Part shown: one piece after another, positions 1-13,400 of the stretch
How the letters are laid out: each line of letters starts with the position of its first letter
Position numbering within the stretch: the stretch's first letter is position 1
Assembly (NCBI GenBank): GCA_964187785.1
Contig: OZ076413.1
Location: forward strand, 47,866,001 to 47,930,000
Source: Amphiscolops sp. MND2022
Lineage: Eukaryota
DNA length: 64,000 nt
Direction of reading: 5' to 3'
Position numbers and translations under genes: made by a program
Notes under the pieces: model-generated
What the model saw: only the letters and a program-made list of their open reading frames with translations
What the model was told of the DNA's origin: nothing
The model's database searches: none

Positions 1-1510
1 ATTCAGATAGTACAATATTACATTTCAAATGCAAGCAGAAAAACGAAGTTGATCCCCTTGTGGTAATTGTTCAACAAAAAGACTTCAACCTCTGACCATA
101 CAAACCTTTCCACGTTAAGTCAATTTTCCAACATTTAATTTTTTCAAACACTAGTTTTGGAGACTTTTTGGAACGTCAATTTCCGTGAAAATTCAGAACT
201 TAAACAAGCAATGTACCAGAGACGTCTGAAAGCGTCGATATATCTCCTAATTGATCTGCTGCAAAAAATTTGGAGAATGAGAGGATCAACAAACTTGTTG
301 CTAACGCGTTTTAGTAGAAATCGAAAAACAGTATACATTGATAATAACCAATGAAAAATGGAAAATGCTATTCAGATTACCGGCAAGGCGCATCTTTATG
401 CTACTATAAAAGTGGTCCCAAACATGTTCCAATCAGTTTCACACTATATGGTTACGAATATTTTTCTTATATTCAGTTTTTTATTTTTCTCATTTTCCTT
501 CTAAAAATATCAAAGATTTCGTAAAAACTTTATTGTGTGTGTTTTAAAGAAAAAAGTAGAATTCTTTAGTGGTTTCAATCCTTAAATTTCAATCGCCTGA
601 ATCACATATCTGTCGGTGCTACCTACTTCCACTTCAATCACGCTTTATATCGTACATTTTAGATTCTAAGGGGGTCACAATTTTATCAGGCCAATAAACG
701 AATTTCATTTGGTTATCCCGATTCTTTTCATTGGCTTTTGGGACAGCGCAGAAAGATTCCAATGCTTGATTACGCTTTCCCAGTTTTGTTCTGCAACAGA
801 AAACGATCGTGCTGTTTTTGATAGTGTGATTTTGACAGTTTTTACAATTACTCTGCCCAATTTTGAATAGAACGCGTTAAGCCGGGGTAGTTTTCAGTTT
901 ATGATTGTCTATGACGTACTAGTAACAGATTAGAGGCTAACCACAAAGTGCTGAATCGAGAAGAGACGTGTGGAAGTTGCTCACTGATAATTTTAGTTTC
1001 TTAATGAGCATGTCACGAAAAATTTGCGAAACCCTGAATCCAAAAAAAATTCAGGCAATTTCACACACAAAGGCTCAAACATTTCCTGCCACGACCAAAA
1101 AATCAATGCAGTTTTCGATCTATTTAAACAAAACAAAATCAATGAAATGGCTTCAATGAAATTTATAGCCAATACAAAGTACAAGATTTTAAAAATCTTC
1201 CTTTCGGAGCAGATGCCAGAACCAGAAGGTGCGATTGTTTTTAACAAAGATTCCAACATGTCTGAAGCATCCCTACCCGATTTAGATTCACGATTGGACG
1301 CAGCAAAGTGAAAGCTTGATTAATTCGGATTTAATTTACTTTAAATTGTAAATTCACATTTGTTTGCACTTAGTTTTTTTGTTGAAACTTTGTTCGTTTT
1401 ATTTATTTGTCCAATCATTAAACGATTCATTCTTCTTTTGTTCGCTCTTTTTTGGGCCTCATAAAAAGGTTCCTTTTTGGGCAACAGTTTTTCGGGCCTG
1501 AATGAAGTTT

Positions 1511-3263
1511 CCCAGTTTGACATAGAGAGCTCTTGCAAGATAATGCATTTTTCTGCAAGACATCTTGCAAGAATCTTGCAAGAAAAAAAATTTCCTCGAC
1601 AATTTTTTTTATTTTTTATATTCATTGTTTTTGACTTCAAGTTGACTACTGCATCGTGACTATTAGATTCTGTCACAGAACGGGGTTTACTTACTAGAGG
1701 ATTCAACCACCAAAAAGATGCAAACTCTAGAAAATATCTCTAAAAGTGTGATCTTAGTGAAGTTATTTGAAAAGTAGTAGTACATTTCAGTGACGCAACA
1801 TTTAAAATACAGTTTCAGAGTATTCTGAAAATTTTTTCCAACCAATTGTGTTATGTACCAGTTATTGATTTGAAATTAGACTGTGCATAATATTTCGATT
1901 GAAATTATCTTTCAATTTGTTAAATTACCCTCTGAAATAATAGTTATTAACGTTTTTGACATTATTCTCAAATCACGACTACGTTAACATAATTTCTCAG
2001 TATGAAGTACATTGAACTCAAGAATCTTGCAAGGAAAGCATTTCCTTGCAAGATCTTTCAAGGAAAAAATTTCCTTGCAAGATCTTTCAAGGAAAAAATT
2101 TCCTTGCAAGATCTTTCAAGGAAAACATTTCCTTGCAAGATCTTTCAAGGAAAACATTTCCTTGCAAGATCTTGCAAGGAACAAATTTCCTTGCAAGATC
2201 TTACAAGTAATTGCATTTTTACAAGGATCTTGCAAGATCCTTGCAAGGAACGCATTTTTTCTCGACCAGGGCACTCACGTTTTCAGTGTCTGTACAATTT
2301 TCCATCAACTTTTTGCGGGAAATTCTAATTGCATCTTGGCAACCATGGATCCCATGGCAGGATTTTTATTGAGATCTTACCAAGATTGTACATTATTCCA
2401 AGATCGTATCTTATCACAAGGGACAAAATTCTAAGATTATAAAAAACACTATACCTTCGGTACAAGAGCCGAGACTCAATATGAAGGCTTATTTCACCCA
2501 ACAACGACTATTTCTACTCGTTTTCATAATCAAAATGCTTCAACCTGCTGAAACAATTTGTATGCAAATTTGTGCGAAAAATTATGATAACGTATTCTGG
2601 CTTCAAAAATCCTAATACCTCCTCACTTGTTCAAGACTCAGAAATACGAACGTACGAAGTGAAAACTCGCCTCAAGTGCTTTTGGAAACTTGTAACTCAT
2701 CACTACTGTCGATTCCAGAGACGGAGAAAAATGCTCTCAAACGTCTAGAGCCACTATCGGAAAGTTACATGAAAAACACCTAAAAATCCTGAAATTTTTG
2801 TGAAATCAAATCTCCAGCTTTTTTTGTGCCTGTTTCAGCAGCCGTATTACTGCTAGAAACGGCGGTCATTGCCCCAGTTTGGGTACTGCTGCAGCTCAAG
2901 GCTTTTCTGACGCCGTTGTTGGCGACAATTTTGCAATTGAAAGAACAATTTAAAAAATGCCTTCCTAAATAAACTCTATCTCTTCAATCAAATTTTGTTC
3001 ATTGCTAACAGAATATTGACATGTCTAACATTGTAAATCTGCATAGATGTTGATTTTTGTTGACTTCCTTCCAGTGTTTTTCTTGCCAAATAGGATTTTA
3101 CAATAAACTTTTTCTTGGGAACATGGCTCTCTTGATAAGATCTTACCGTGGCAAAATGAATACCATTGCAAGATCTTGACAAGATCTTAGCCAAGATTGT
3201 TTCAAGATTTTGCCAAGATCTTGCCAAGATCTTATTGAGATATCCATGGAGAGTCAACCCGGG
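1511..3263. repeat. Remnants of non-autonomous DNA-transposon-like repeats with CTTGCAAG/AGATCT palindromic subrepeats; ~30-bp tandem array at ~2020-2250
   Basis: Tandem units like TCCTTGCAAGATCTTTCAAGGAAAAAATTT; related clusters at ~1530-1585 and ~3165-3235; CCAGGG/CCCGGG-type ends near 2270 and 3263. Boundaries are approximate. Confidence 0.55.
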
Positions 3264-4644
3264 TCACCACAAAATAAGTTAGATTCCTGAATCTCAAGTA
3301 TTGAATAAACATTTATTTACACTTTATTACAAATTTCTACTTTTGTAGTCAGTCTTCAATAGCCTTCAATGATCAAGTGTGCACCGACAACAATAAAATA
3401 GTGATTTTGTTAAAAGCAACAAAAGGCAAATCTTAAAATCGAAGATCTCAAAAACGGCAGTTATTTTTGAAAAAAGTAAAATTAAAAGTTTACGTTGTCG
3501 ATAGCCCAGTAGATTTGCTGACAAGTCCGGGACTTGTGATTTGGTCGAAGTTGGAGCTTCAACAAGATTGAATTCAATTGCGCCTAAGGTACCTGGCTGA
3601 GTCGCGGATTCGATTGTCGTCGTATCCTTTTATTGAGAGTTGTACATAGAACTTGACGAACATTAGTTAGTTTGACTGTTTTGAATTACTAGTGTTGTTT
3701 TTTGCGATACAGAAGTAATTGTATTGTTACTTTACTCGAAGTTTTGGGAGACACGAGCCGATAGAGCAAATCTGGAGAGAGAAACTGACAGTAACAACAA
3801 AAGAATCGGCTAACTCTCTAAAACAACCTTCTTGTCTGTTAAGCTTCCAATTGGAGGTAAAACTCTCTCCAAGCCCCGAATTGGATTTTCTTACAGTGGG
3901 CGCTCCTGGGTGGGCAGTAATTTTTGAAAAATGAAAAATTAAAAGACTCTTCGGTTTTTATTCAGTTTACAAATATGTTGTTTCAAATCTATGCGATGAA
4001 AATTGCAAAAGTTACAACAGACCTCTTTCAGCCAAATTTAGCTCAAGATTGAGGCATCAAGACTTTCATCATATTTAAAACATTAGTGCACCAGAATTTA
4101 CGTGTTTATGGACTGGCTAGATTTTAATTATGTTATGCAACAAATAAAGACCGGATCAGACTACATCGATTTGAAAAAATTGTCTTTTGGTCGAAAAATT
4201 TATCATCAAACGTTCGATTAATGTTTTTTTGAAATATTTTAAAATGAAGGAATTAGCCACTTACTTTTTCTTGAGCAACAAGTTTCTCGGCGTCTGAACT
4301 GAGGAGAAAATTGAAAGTTTTATGTTAAAGCTAAAAATGAAGAAACTGAATTGGACAAAAGTGTCTGAAGATTGAGATTTCATACTCCATTAAAATGATT
4401 GCGACTAGGGAAAAGGGATGCATTAGCAGTTGAACCGAGTACCGCCATTACTTTCAAAATTATTAGTTGCGTTTTTCTAAGATCATGTTGAAGCTATACG
4501 TTGCAGCTATAATACTTTTATGAAAAGTGTAAAACGACAACAGGCTATATTCCATTATTTCTATCTGGGGTAGTTGTTCAAGTTGACTGTTTGCATTTTC
4601 AGGTAATCGACCAATCATCGACATCTTGAAGATTCCAGGGTGGA

Positions 4645-4980
4645 CAGCACGGCGCAGTGGTCAGAGCATTTGGCCTGTACTGGGGCGGTATCAGATTCGA
4701 ATCTCCCTCAACTCATCATTGTTGGTCCTCAAGCAAGTCCTTTATCCCTACTTAGTGGTATCGTCATTACAAAAGTATAATGCATTAGGTGGAGAAGAGG
4801 AAAACAAAAAGCAGCAGTGATCAGTCAGACATTTGTGACGTTGAGCAAGTTACTTTGGAACCACAGGTTCAAGTCGATCATTGCTTGACCAGTTGGCTGC
4901 AAATATGGTACCATAGCTTGCTATGGAGAAACTGCTTATTCGGCGTCCACCCCGCGGTAATGGGGAAATTAACTTCAATC
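4645..4980 (+). mobile_element. tRNA-derived SINE (degenerate)
   Basis: A-box-like CGGCGCAGTGG and B-box-like GATTCGAATCT, followed by GTCCTCAAGCAAGTCCTTTATCCC and GTCCACCCCGCGGTAATGGG segments resembling conserved SINE body domains. Confidence 0.55.
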
Positions 4981-5722
4981 AATCAATTAGCCTTTGTGGT
5001 TTCAGGAGTTTCTCTAAAAAGTGGACCGATCAGTGTGAGGTCTGTGGTCTGGAGAAAAAAAAGGTCACTGTTATAGTCGGGCATTTTTCATTAGAAGGAA
5101 AACGCGCCGACTAAAAAAAACGGGACATACTACACGACGCGAAATAATTGATTCATTTTCAGTGGGGGCTTCATGAAGTGAAACGCGACTATTACAGTGA
5201 CTCTTTTTTTTAATCCACACGAACTGACCAAAAGAGTTCTACAAAAGTTCTACAAAATTTTATGGTCCCAAATTAAATCATTTGACCTAGTGAACTGAAC
5301 CAAAAAAACTGTATGTGGTGTCCTTAGAAATGCAAAACTGCTTGCTGGGCGGTGTCCACCCCGCAGAATCGGGGAAATGAACTTTCTCACATGTGGAAGT
5401 TGTAAGGACGTAAATCTGATATAGACTGTAACTTGTGTGTCGACACCTTGAATATTCCCGGGTGTTCAATTTACAGCTACATCGTTTGGTATCGAAATAG
5501 TACCTCCATGGTGAGCAGAGAACGCAACTTGCACCATGGATTACACTTGTACAGGAAAACATTTACTACATTCTTAAAAACGTTTGTGAATGACTGACTG
5601 GGGACTTTGTTTTGTTATAATTCAGTTTTGAATTTATAATAATTGAAATTCCGTTGAATTAAAAGAACAAGAAGTTTCTGCATCTCAAATCGTTTTTGAA
5701 AGAAACTTTCGTTTAAAGTTTT

Positions 5723-6036
5723 GGATCTCTTTCACTATATCCCCCCCCTACAGCAAAAAGGGGGGACATAGTGAAACGCTATCAAATGCATGTATTGGAC
5801 ATTCTAATAGCGCAGATCTGCTCTTATCTAACAACGCTTCTGATTGGCTGAGTGGTGATTTTGATAAAAAGAACCAATAAAAAGTGTCGTTAGTTATGAC
5901 GACATCAATTGATTGACAGAATAGCATGAGAGATTAGCCAATAGGAGACAAATATAATTGAGCCACAAACATTTATTTTCTCTAGGGGGGACATAGTGTA
6001 ACGAGTGATATAGGGGGGACATAGTGAAAGAGATCC
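5723..6036. mobile_element. MITE, 314 bp, GG termini, 8-bp TSD (Merlin-like)
   Basis: TIR GGATCTCTTTCACTAT.TCCCCCC / GGGGGGACATAGTGAAAGAGATCC; AAAGTTTT duplicated at 5715-5722 and 6037-6044. Confidence 0.85.
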
Positions 6037-6855
6037 AAAGTTTTTGTTGGAAGTTACTCACAAGATCAGTCGTTTATTCCATATTACAGAAACGTGCGAG
6101 ATCTGATTTTTGGAAGATGTTGCAATTGAAATCAGTGATGAAATAAAGTTCAACGCAATTTTTTACAGAAACTGTCTGGCTGTGGATTACATGTTTAAAT
6201 GCTTCCCGAGATAAATTTTCCAGTATTAGAAGTAACTCATTTTCATTTATCAAAATTATTGCATACAAACTATGACGGGTTTTTCTGCCTGCTACAAAAA
6301 ATGGTACGTTTTTCAGTTCATACTCATCGAAAACAATCTTTTGATTGGAATCATTACATAAAACCGAAATACGTACAAATTGAAACAAAAGAAACCAACC
6401 TGGACAAGAAAAAGGTCTATTGGTTTGTCAACGATCCTGCCTGAAGAACCAAATTCAGTTAAAGTTTTAAAATGATGTTTTAAAACAGTTTCCGCCCTCC
6501 GGTACTTTGCTTGAGTTTAGCACTACAAACAAAAAACTTCAAAAACAGCACAATTCTTTTTCAAAAAACAAAATGCTAAGGGAAGCTTGTTATCGACTTC
6601 ATAGATCAAAGTTATACTTGCGATGAGCTTGTTAACTTGATAGCGTGATAGATTCCTCAAATCCATTGGTATCAATTTTGTTTTCATCAACCAAACATAA
6701 GTTAAGCTAAGGAGAACTTCTAAGGCTATAATCTTGAGAACAGCCCGACTGTACTGCGCCGGCATCAAGTTTTATTTTCCGCCCACATATAATGGGGGAA
6801 GAAAATCATAATCTGTGTTGCGTTTTTTTTTCAAATTCTGCCAAATCTCCATAGT

Positions 6856-8245
6856 TGTCACAGCCCGCTCCCAGCTGTTATCGCTTTGAATGCCATTACA
6901 ATTAAATTTGCTTCAATGAACTAATTAGAATAATTTTTGTGACGTCATCAAGACAGCTGTGCTAGCAATGCGTTGTTAATTGGAATGATTTTTGTGACGT
7001 CATTAGTACGAGAATTGGAATGATTTTTGAGCTTGCCGTTATACCTCCGTGAACCACCGCTCAGCTATGCCTAATTTTGATACGTACGGAGCAGTTACGG
7101 AGCAAATTACAGCTATGCCTAATCTTAATACGTACGGAGCGACTACGGAATGAATTGTTAGCTTGCAAAGCTATGCTTAATCTTAATACGTACGGTGCGA
7201 CTACGGAGCAATTTTACGATTGTAGTTACAAAATTTGGAAATTGAACACAAATTAGTACGAACTTTCCTCAGGAATTGACGATTGCAAAGATTTTGTGAA
7301 TAGAATGCAACGTAAGGACAACGTCATATGAATGGATGCTTCCTTTCAGATGAACTTCATACCAGTGTTTTCATTGAGTGTTCTGCAATTATACTATTGA
7401 ATCGAAATTGTCAATCGAAGTAATAACGTGTTTGTTATCAATCGATGTTCTGATTAGCATTTTTCAAAGTGTGGAATTGTTGACCGAAATTTCTCCGTTG
7501 TTTTAGTTGTTATGTGATTGTATGTTTTAGCTTAGATATATTTACGTCGTTTTATGTTCGTGCTAATTATAATGGCATAAACTGGAAACTGTTATTCCGG
7601 CATCATTTGTTCCTTTTCATCAGTATTCAAATGTTTCCGCTCTCAAAATTATTTACTCCGTCTCAGTTACGCCGTCATTTTTGCTAGTCATACTTTTGTC
7701 TTGAGCACTTGATTTCCCAACTTGGAAATTGACAATTGGAACACGCCGGCGTGCCTCCGTCGATAAAAATATCAAGCAGGCTCTCATTTTGCCGCCATTT
7801 TGACGATCAAACAGGAAGTGTATCGTTTGAACAAAAATGATTTCAACAAATGTTACGGAAGGGCGACGCAATTAGGAATTTCGATACCTGATTTTGTGAC
7901 GCGGAACTGAATAATATGAATCAACTGGGTTTTGTGTGAACAATACCGATAAATATGATACCTAGGAATTTTTTAGGTGAGGAACAAATTTTGCTAGAAA
8001 AGTATAAAAATGTTGCTCTTGTAAATTAAATCAGGAAAGTTAATATTGATCATTGTTGCACTGTTTTACACCGTTGTTCAAACGATTTTCTTTTGTAAAT
8101 TCAATTTTTTAAACTACTTGTCTTAACTCAAATATGAAAACTCGAAGTCAGAAAAACCTGAAAACACAATCATTGCACTTACATCAACTTCCATTAAGAA
8201 CGAAAGAGACTACCCAAAATAACACTCCGTTAGGTAGTCGTACCA
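6856..8245 (+). repeat. 5' LTR of element B
   Basis: About 90% identical by eye to 27407-28788. Contains two TGACGTCA sites (6940, 6995), three AGCTATGC.TAAT.TT.ATACGTACGG repeats (~7060-7210) and a gag-like start MKTRSQK at 8134. Confidence 0.85.
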
Positions 8246-8682
8246 AGATGACAGGAGTCAAAAAAATTCCACTAATGACCAAATCGACAGCAACACATGC
8301 GCAACAGGAACAGAACAGAAGCAAGGAGAATAGCCGAATTCAATCATAACTCGGAACGAAATGAGATTACGAACGGAAAACGTAAGTGGTTGCTTTAGAA
8401 TGGAACGATTACCTTTACGTTTTGATTCCAAAGAAGAGCAGTCAGTAACAGAAATTCACCTTAAAACTGCGCCTACATTGAACTTCTGATTGTGGTTGAA
8501 AACGACTCGTGTAATTTTTACCTTTTCCAGAAAAATGGATCACGGTATCTTCGATTTTTTTTCATCAAGTTCGTCCTCGACTGAGAATTCTAAGCCAACG
8601 ACTGCGTGGCAACCCCAGAGCATCACAAAAAAATTCACCCGTAATGGTAACGCGAGCAGCTAACAAGTGCCAGGTTGAGTTA

Positions 8683-8926
8683 CTGAAAATCAAGATCTGG
8701 ATTCAGAAGCGTCAGGAGACCAGGAAAGACTGAATTGGCTGATCACCAAAAAACAACAGTCCAAACACCCATGGAAGTCAGAAAGATTTTACCAACCTGA
8801 GGCAACACGTGCAACTTCCACCTCCGATTCGACAAAGTCATCATCGGAGTAATTGTATACATTTTCGTTCCCACTGATGAAACCAGTGGCAGCAACAGTG
8901 GAAGAAACAGCTTCTTCGTCTTCCAT
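8683..8926 (-). pseudogene. Remnant of antisense accessory gene (exon 1 and intron 1), homologous to 55628-55865
   Basis: MEDEEAV...GFISGNENVYNYSDDDFVESEVEVARVAS aligns with MDGDSG...GFVSGNETTFNFTDDDVVPPDIDISRSAS; same donor G|GTTGGT and acceptor TTTTCAG|TAACTCAACC. Confidence 0.75.
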
Positions 8927-8945
8927 CGATAGCACGGAAGAGTGG

Positions 8946-9357
8946 TGTGATGCCATGATGCATGTCCTCAAAGATTCTATAAATCTGAAATACTCTGAAC
9001 TCTTTACCAAAGTAATTAGTAAATGTAATCTAATTTGGAAGCTAATTATTCTAGAAGAAACTTCATTTAATATATCCTGTACCAAGCTTCCCCGATTCAT
9101 CCTGTTGCTGTCACATTGTTAATTGATGAAACCTACCCTAGTTAATAGAATATATCTACTCTGAGAAATTGAGAATTCATCCTAACGATCGGTCTTCTTC
9201 CAGTACTTCAAGAACTGAGATCTCAGAAACAAATTGTACTCAGAACTAGCCAGCTACAAGGTATAAGATAAGACAACTCTGCTGTTAAAATCTTAGACTT
9301 CTTATGTCAGTACTAAAACATCTAAAAGAAACTACCACACAACTTTTTAACAGCTCA
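8946..9357 (+). repeat. 5' LTR of element A (412 bp)
   Basis: About 12 substitutions versus the 3' LTR by manual comparison (~97% identity), no indels seen. Confidence 0.95.
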
Positions 9358-9359
9358 AT

Positions 9360-9372
9360 TGGTGCGACCAAG
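9360..9372 (+). promoter_or_regulatory. Putative primer-binding site
   Basis: TGGTGCGACCAAG starts 2 nt after the LTR end (TGG is complementary to tRNA CCA). Cognate tRNA not identified. Confidence 0.6.
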
Positions 9373-9551
9373 AAAATTCTTCTTTCTCTCCCATTCATTT
9401 CACAACTCTACAATTGTTGTACACCTCTTCTCGACTTTCTCATCCGATATCTCTTTGTTCGACACACAGTTTCTCCACCTCTCAATATAGCCTTCCGTTA
9501 TTAACTTCACCGTTGCAACCAATTTCTATTTGAAATTGATTCGTGTTGCTA

Positions 9552-9856
9552 TGGTTCTGACTACGTCCTTCCACGTAATTCCTGTCAGTTACATTTCTTG
9601 GTTCTGACTGCGTTTCTCAACGTAATTCCTGTCAGTCATATTTCTTGGTTCTGACTACGTTTCTTGACGTAATTCCTGTCAGTAAAATTTTTCGTTCCAA
9701 CCACCTCTGAGTGAAGTCGTGTTGGCTTTCTCTCTTTCTTTCGTTCCAACCGCAGACGTGCGATACGTGTTGGCCCTTCTACAGTGCTATCCAGCGATTC
9801 CTGCTAGTAAAACTCTCTTTGGTTCTAGCCGATTGAATCAACTTTAAAAGTTGGCA
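9552..9856 (+). repeat. Array of bulged stem-loops in the 5' leader of element A (three 47-bp tandem units plus variants)
   Basis: Units start at 9552, 9599 and 9646; structurally equivalent variants at 9697-9725 and 9746-9773. Confidence 0.75.
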
Positions 9857-10492
9857 CACCTATATAACATATATTTTTCCATAACATCATTATAATACCT
9901 TTCTTTCTCTCTCTTCTATAGTACAAATATCATATAAAACTCTTTTAAAACAAGCCTACGGATCCAAATACATAACAATTAAAATATATAACACATACAT
10001 CACATATTTCTTTACATAACTTTCATTTTTTCATACACATATATATATCACAAATTTTTGTACAACCTCTTAGACACATCCTTAATAGAACTTTATTGTA
10101 CATGCCACCTTCAGTAGACACTGTAGTTAAACTCATTGTCTGCCTTTGGTTCTTTATTGCTATCATTGCTGGTCTTGCACTTTTTCTTGACAAATTCTTA
10201 ATTCCATTCATACCAAAATTTTGAAGTACAACCTTTTTTTTCTATGTTAACAAGTATAGTACTACCTCTTTTTGGACTGCTTAGTATTTACCACACCTTC
10301 TATACACTTATCCAATATATACAAAACCCATTTCTTCTTTTCATAAGTACAGTACTTACAATTTTCTTACAAGTTATATTTATAGATCAAATTTTACACT
10401 ATAATTCACAATTCAATACAAAATATCTTCTTTTCCAATACATCTATCGTTTATGGCAATCTTATTATACTAACTAAATCTTACACCATAGA

Positions 10493-13400
10493 ATGCTTCT
10501 CACTCCATTTACATTCACTACTGAAAAAAGACAAAATCGATCTCTCATACAAGATGTAACACCTTTTCTAAATAACATTATCTTTCAGTACACAAACCCA
10601 CTTCAATTTGAAACAGAACCCCATATACTACATACTATTCCATTAGCACGAGAACATTGTGATTCTTATCTCTATTACATTCGATATAAAACACTTGAAA
10701 TAACACCATCACAAACCCCTTTTCAAGTTATTTTTAACCCAGTCAAAGGAATAACCTCTGGAACATTTTATAGAACCATACACCCACAAAATATTACACT
10801 TTCTATCCAAGATGTTTTTCACACATACATGCAAAAACTTATTGACTTCAATGAAAACCAAGACACACCACTTTATCGTCCCTCTCACCTACAAGAACTA
10901 AAACACAAATTTGAATATTTCGAGGTCCCTGATCTTGACACAAAAGTCCAAAAACATGATAACCCCCATTACTGGTTACAACAAGATATCTTACAAATAA
11001 AACATTTTCAATACAGATTCTTTAACAACATTATCCTTACAGATGACACTATACCTCAAGTCAAAATTTTTACACAATTCTTACTAAAGTTTCTTAGATT
11101 TAACTATCAACTACTTTGGGAACAAAAAGATCAACAAGCTTACGTTAACTTCCCTCAAATACTAACACATATAGAACTCTTACCATACATCATAAAAAAT
11201 GAAAACAAACCTTTACACTACAGAGATCTTACTTCATTTAATGTTACACATTTTGAACCAATAAACTTAGATCACAACTTTGTACTTGAACATTCCGAAA
11301 CATCAGATAACAGACTTTTATTACATCTGATACTTCCCATGAAACAACTCCTGCAGAAAAAACCTCTAATGTTGAACCTTCATATACGAGACAACAATCA
11401 GAACAATCAGAACAAGAATCCCCAGAACAAGAAGCCCTTGTTAATCTTTTTCAAAATCCTGATCCTCCACAAGAACAACCATTATACCCACCATTATCAC
11501 AAATCTCAGATATGCAACAACCAAATCCTTCTGAAACAAATACAACTCACAAAACATTAGAATTCTCTGAAGAAACAGTACAAAATACACGAAGTTTTAC
11601 AATAACTGATGATTCAAATCTTATAATAATTCCTACCCACAAAATCACACAAAATGAATTTACAAACCAAAATCAAGACAACACTTCAAATACAAATCCA
11701 GACAATAACTCTGTTTTATCTACATATAATACTAATATTACACAACCCTCTCAGACACAAGTACCATCTCCTCGAAATTATAATCCACCTTCTGTTCCAC
11801 CTCAGTTTTCAACTCAGATAAACACCCATGATTCTCCTGAACAAAGCTCATCAAACACACACTATATTGCACAGAGCACTAATACAGTACATTTTCAAAC
11901 ACCAACCCCACCATCACCTTCTGAAATACAAACTTCAACTTATACTCCAGCTCAAACTAACCCAGTACAAACTACACAACCTACCTTAAATATTAACACA
12001 ATTCATTCCAACCCATCCTCTAATTATACCACTGCCCGACATCTTTCTCGACCTCCATTACAAACTATATTAACTAATCCCTTATCATGCAGTCTTACCA
12101 GTACTAATCCAAGTCATACACAACAATCTCAGATAAATTACAACACACCCAATCCATTAAATACTCTTTCTTCTCAACATACATCCAATACAATCACACC
12201 TACATTACAAACTTCTCAATTTCAAGTACCAAAGCCTCCTACAACAACAATTAGAACCAATCCCCACTTTCATAATCCTTCACTAATTTTTCAAATAATC
12301 CTACTTACAATACAACACCACCATCTACTATATCTCATAACACTATGTCACACCCACCATATATTAATTCCTCTACTTCTATATCAGAACCCATTAAACC
12401 TTTTGATGGACTAGATCATAATTATACACCCGAAGAATATTTACAACATATTGAGGCACGTATTACATTTTCCTTAGGCTTACAACCTACATCGGAACAT
12501 GAATATAAATTTTGGCACGCCCGTCGCATAGCTTTCATACAATGCTCTTTAACAGGTACAGCACTTAGCTGGTACATTCGTTTATATGACACCTATAAAC
12601 ATGATTGGCACGTTTTTGTACAAGCCTTTAAAAAACAATTCTCCTCACAAAAGAACGCTTAATATGCTCAAGTTGAAGTCCTTAATTTAACCAAAAAAGA
12701 TAACGAAACAGTACGTCATTTTGCACTCAAAGTTCCTCAGCTGGTTGAAAAAGGCTGGTGTAATGAGAATGCATCTACTATCAATCTTAAATGTAATGAA
12801 ATCTTTACAAAAGGACTTCCAAAAAATCTTAAAGACTTTGCAAACAAAGACAAGTAAAACACACTTCCACTGTTTTAGAACCTTCAATTCCTTTTCATAC
12901 ACTAGTAAAACTTGTTGACGCCGAAGATTTTGCAAACGATAAAATCAGAACACATGACCTTGCACTTGAAATTAATAATATTACAAAACAATTGAACACT
13001 CAAACTCTTGATCATTCATCTCAAGAACAACTTATGTTTACACAACTCAAAGACCTAAATAACAAAAATAAACCTGCATATAAAAAATATTGCTCATACT
13101 GTCATAGAACAAATCATTCCATTTCTGCTTGTTTCAAAAAACAACGAGATGATGAAGATAAACGAGAAGCATATGCTCTATCTAAATCTCCACAAAAATC
13201 ATTTGTACAGTACTTTCGTTCTCCTTCCAATGATAGAACAAAACACTATGATAATCGATACCGAAATCGAAGTACCTCACGAGACAACTCTTACAACAAA
13301 AACTATTCACAAAACCGATACTGTTCTACATCTAGAGATAGAGATAGATTGAGTTATGACAAAACTACTACTCCTCCACACTGTTCTAGATCACGATATG

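Noticed and set aside
144..1311. Short ORFs at the window start
   Set aside because: No recognisable motif or reliable exon structure.
2002..2434. Repetitive ORFs (FPCKIFQGK / LARSFKE)
   Set aside because: Translations of a 30-bp tandem repeat, open in several frames.
5287..5562. CVLCSPWRYYFDTKRC resembling a Cys-loop signature
   Set aside because: Spacing is 14 rather than 13, no supporting exons were found, and it overlaps repeat-derived sequence.
9552..9780. CRISPR-like repeat/spacer appearance
   Set aside because: Units are tandem hairpins without unique spacers, there are no cas genes, and the context is a eukaryotic retroelement.
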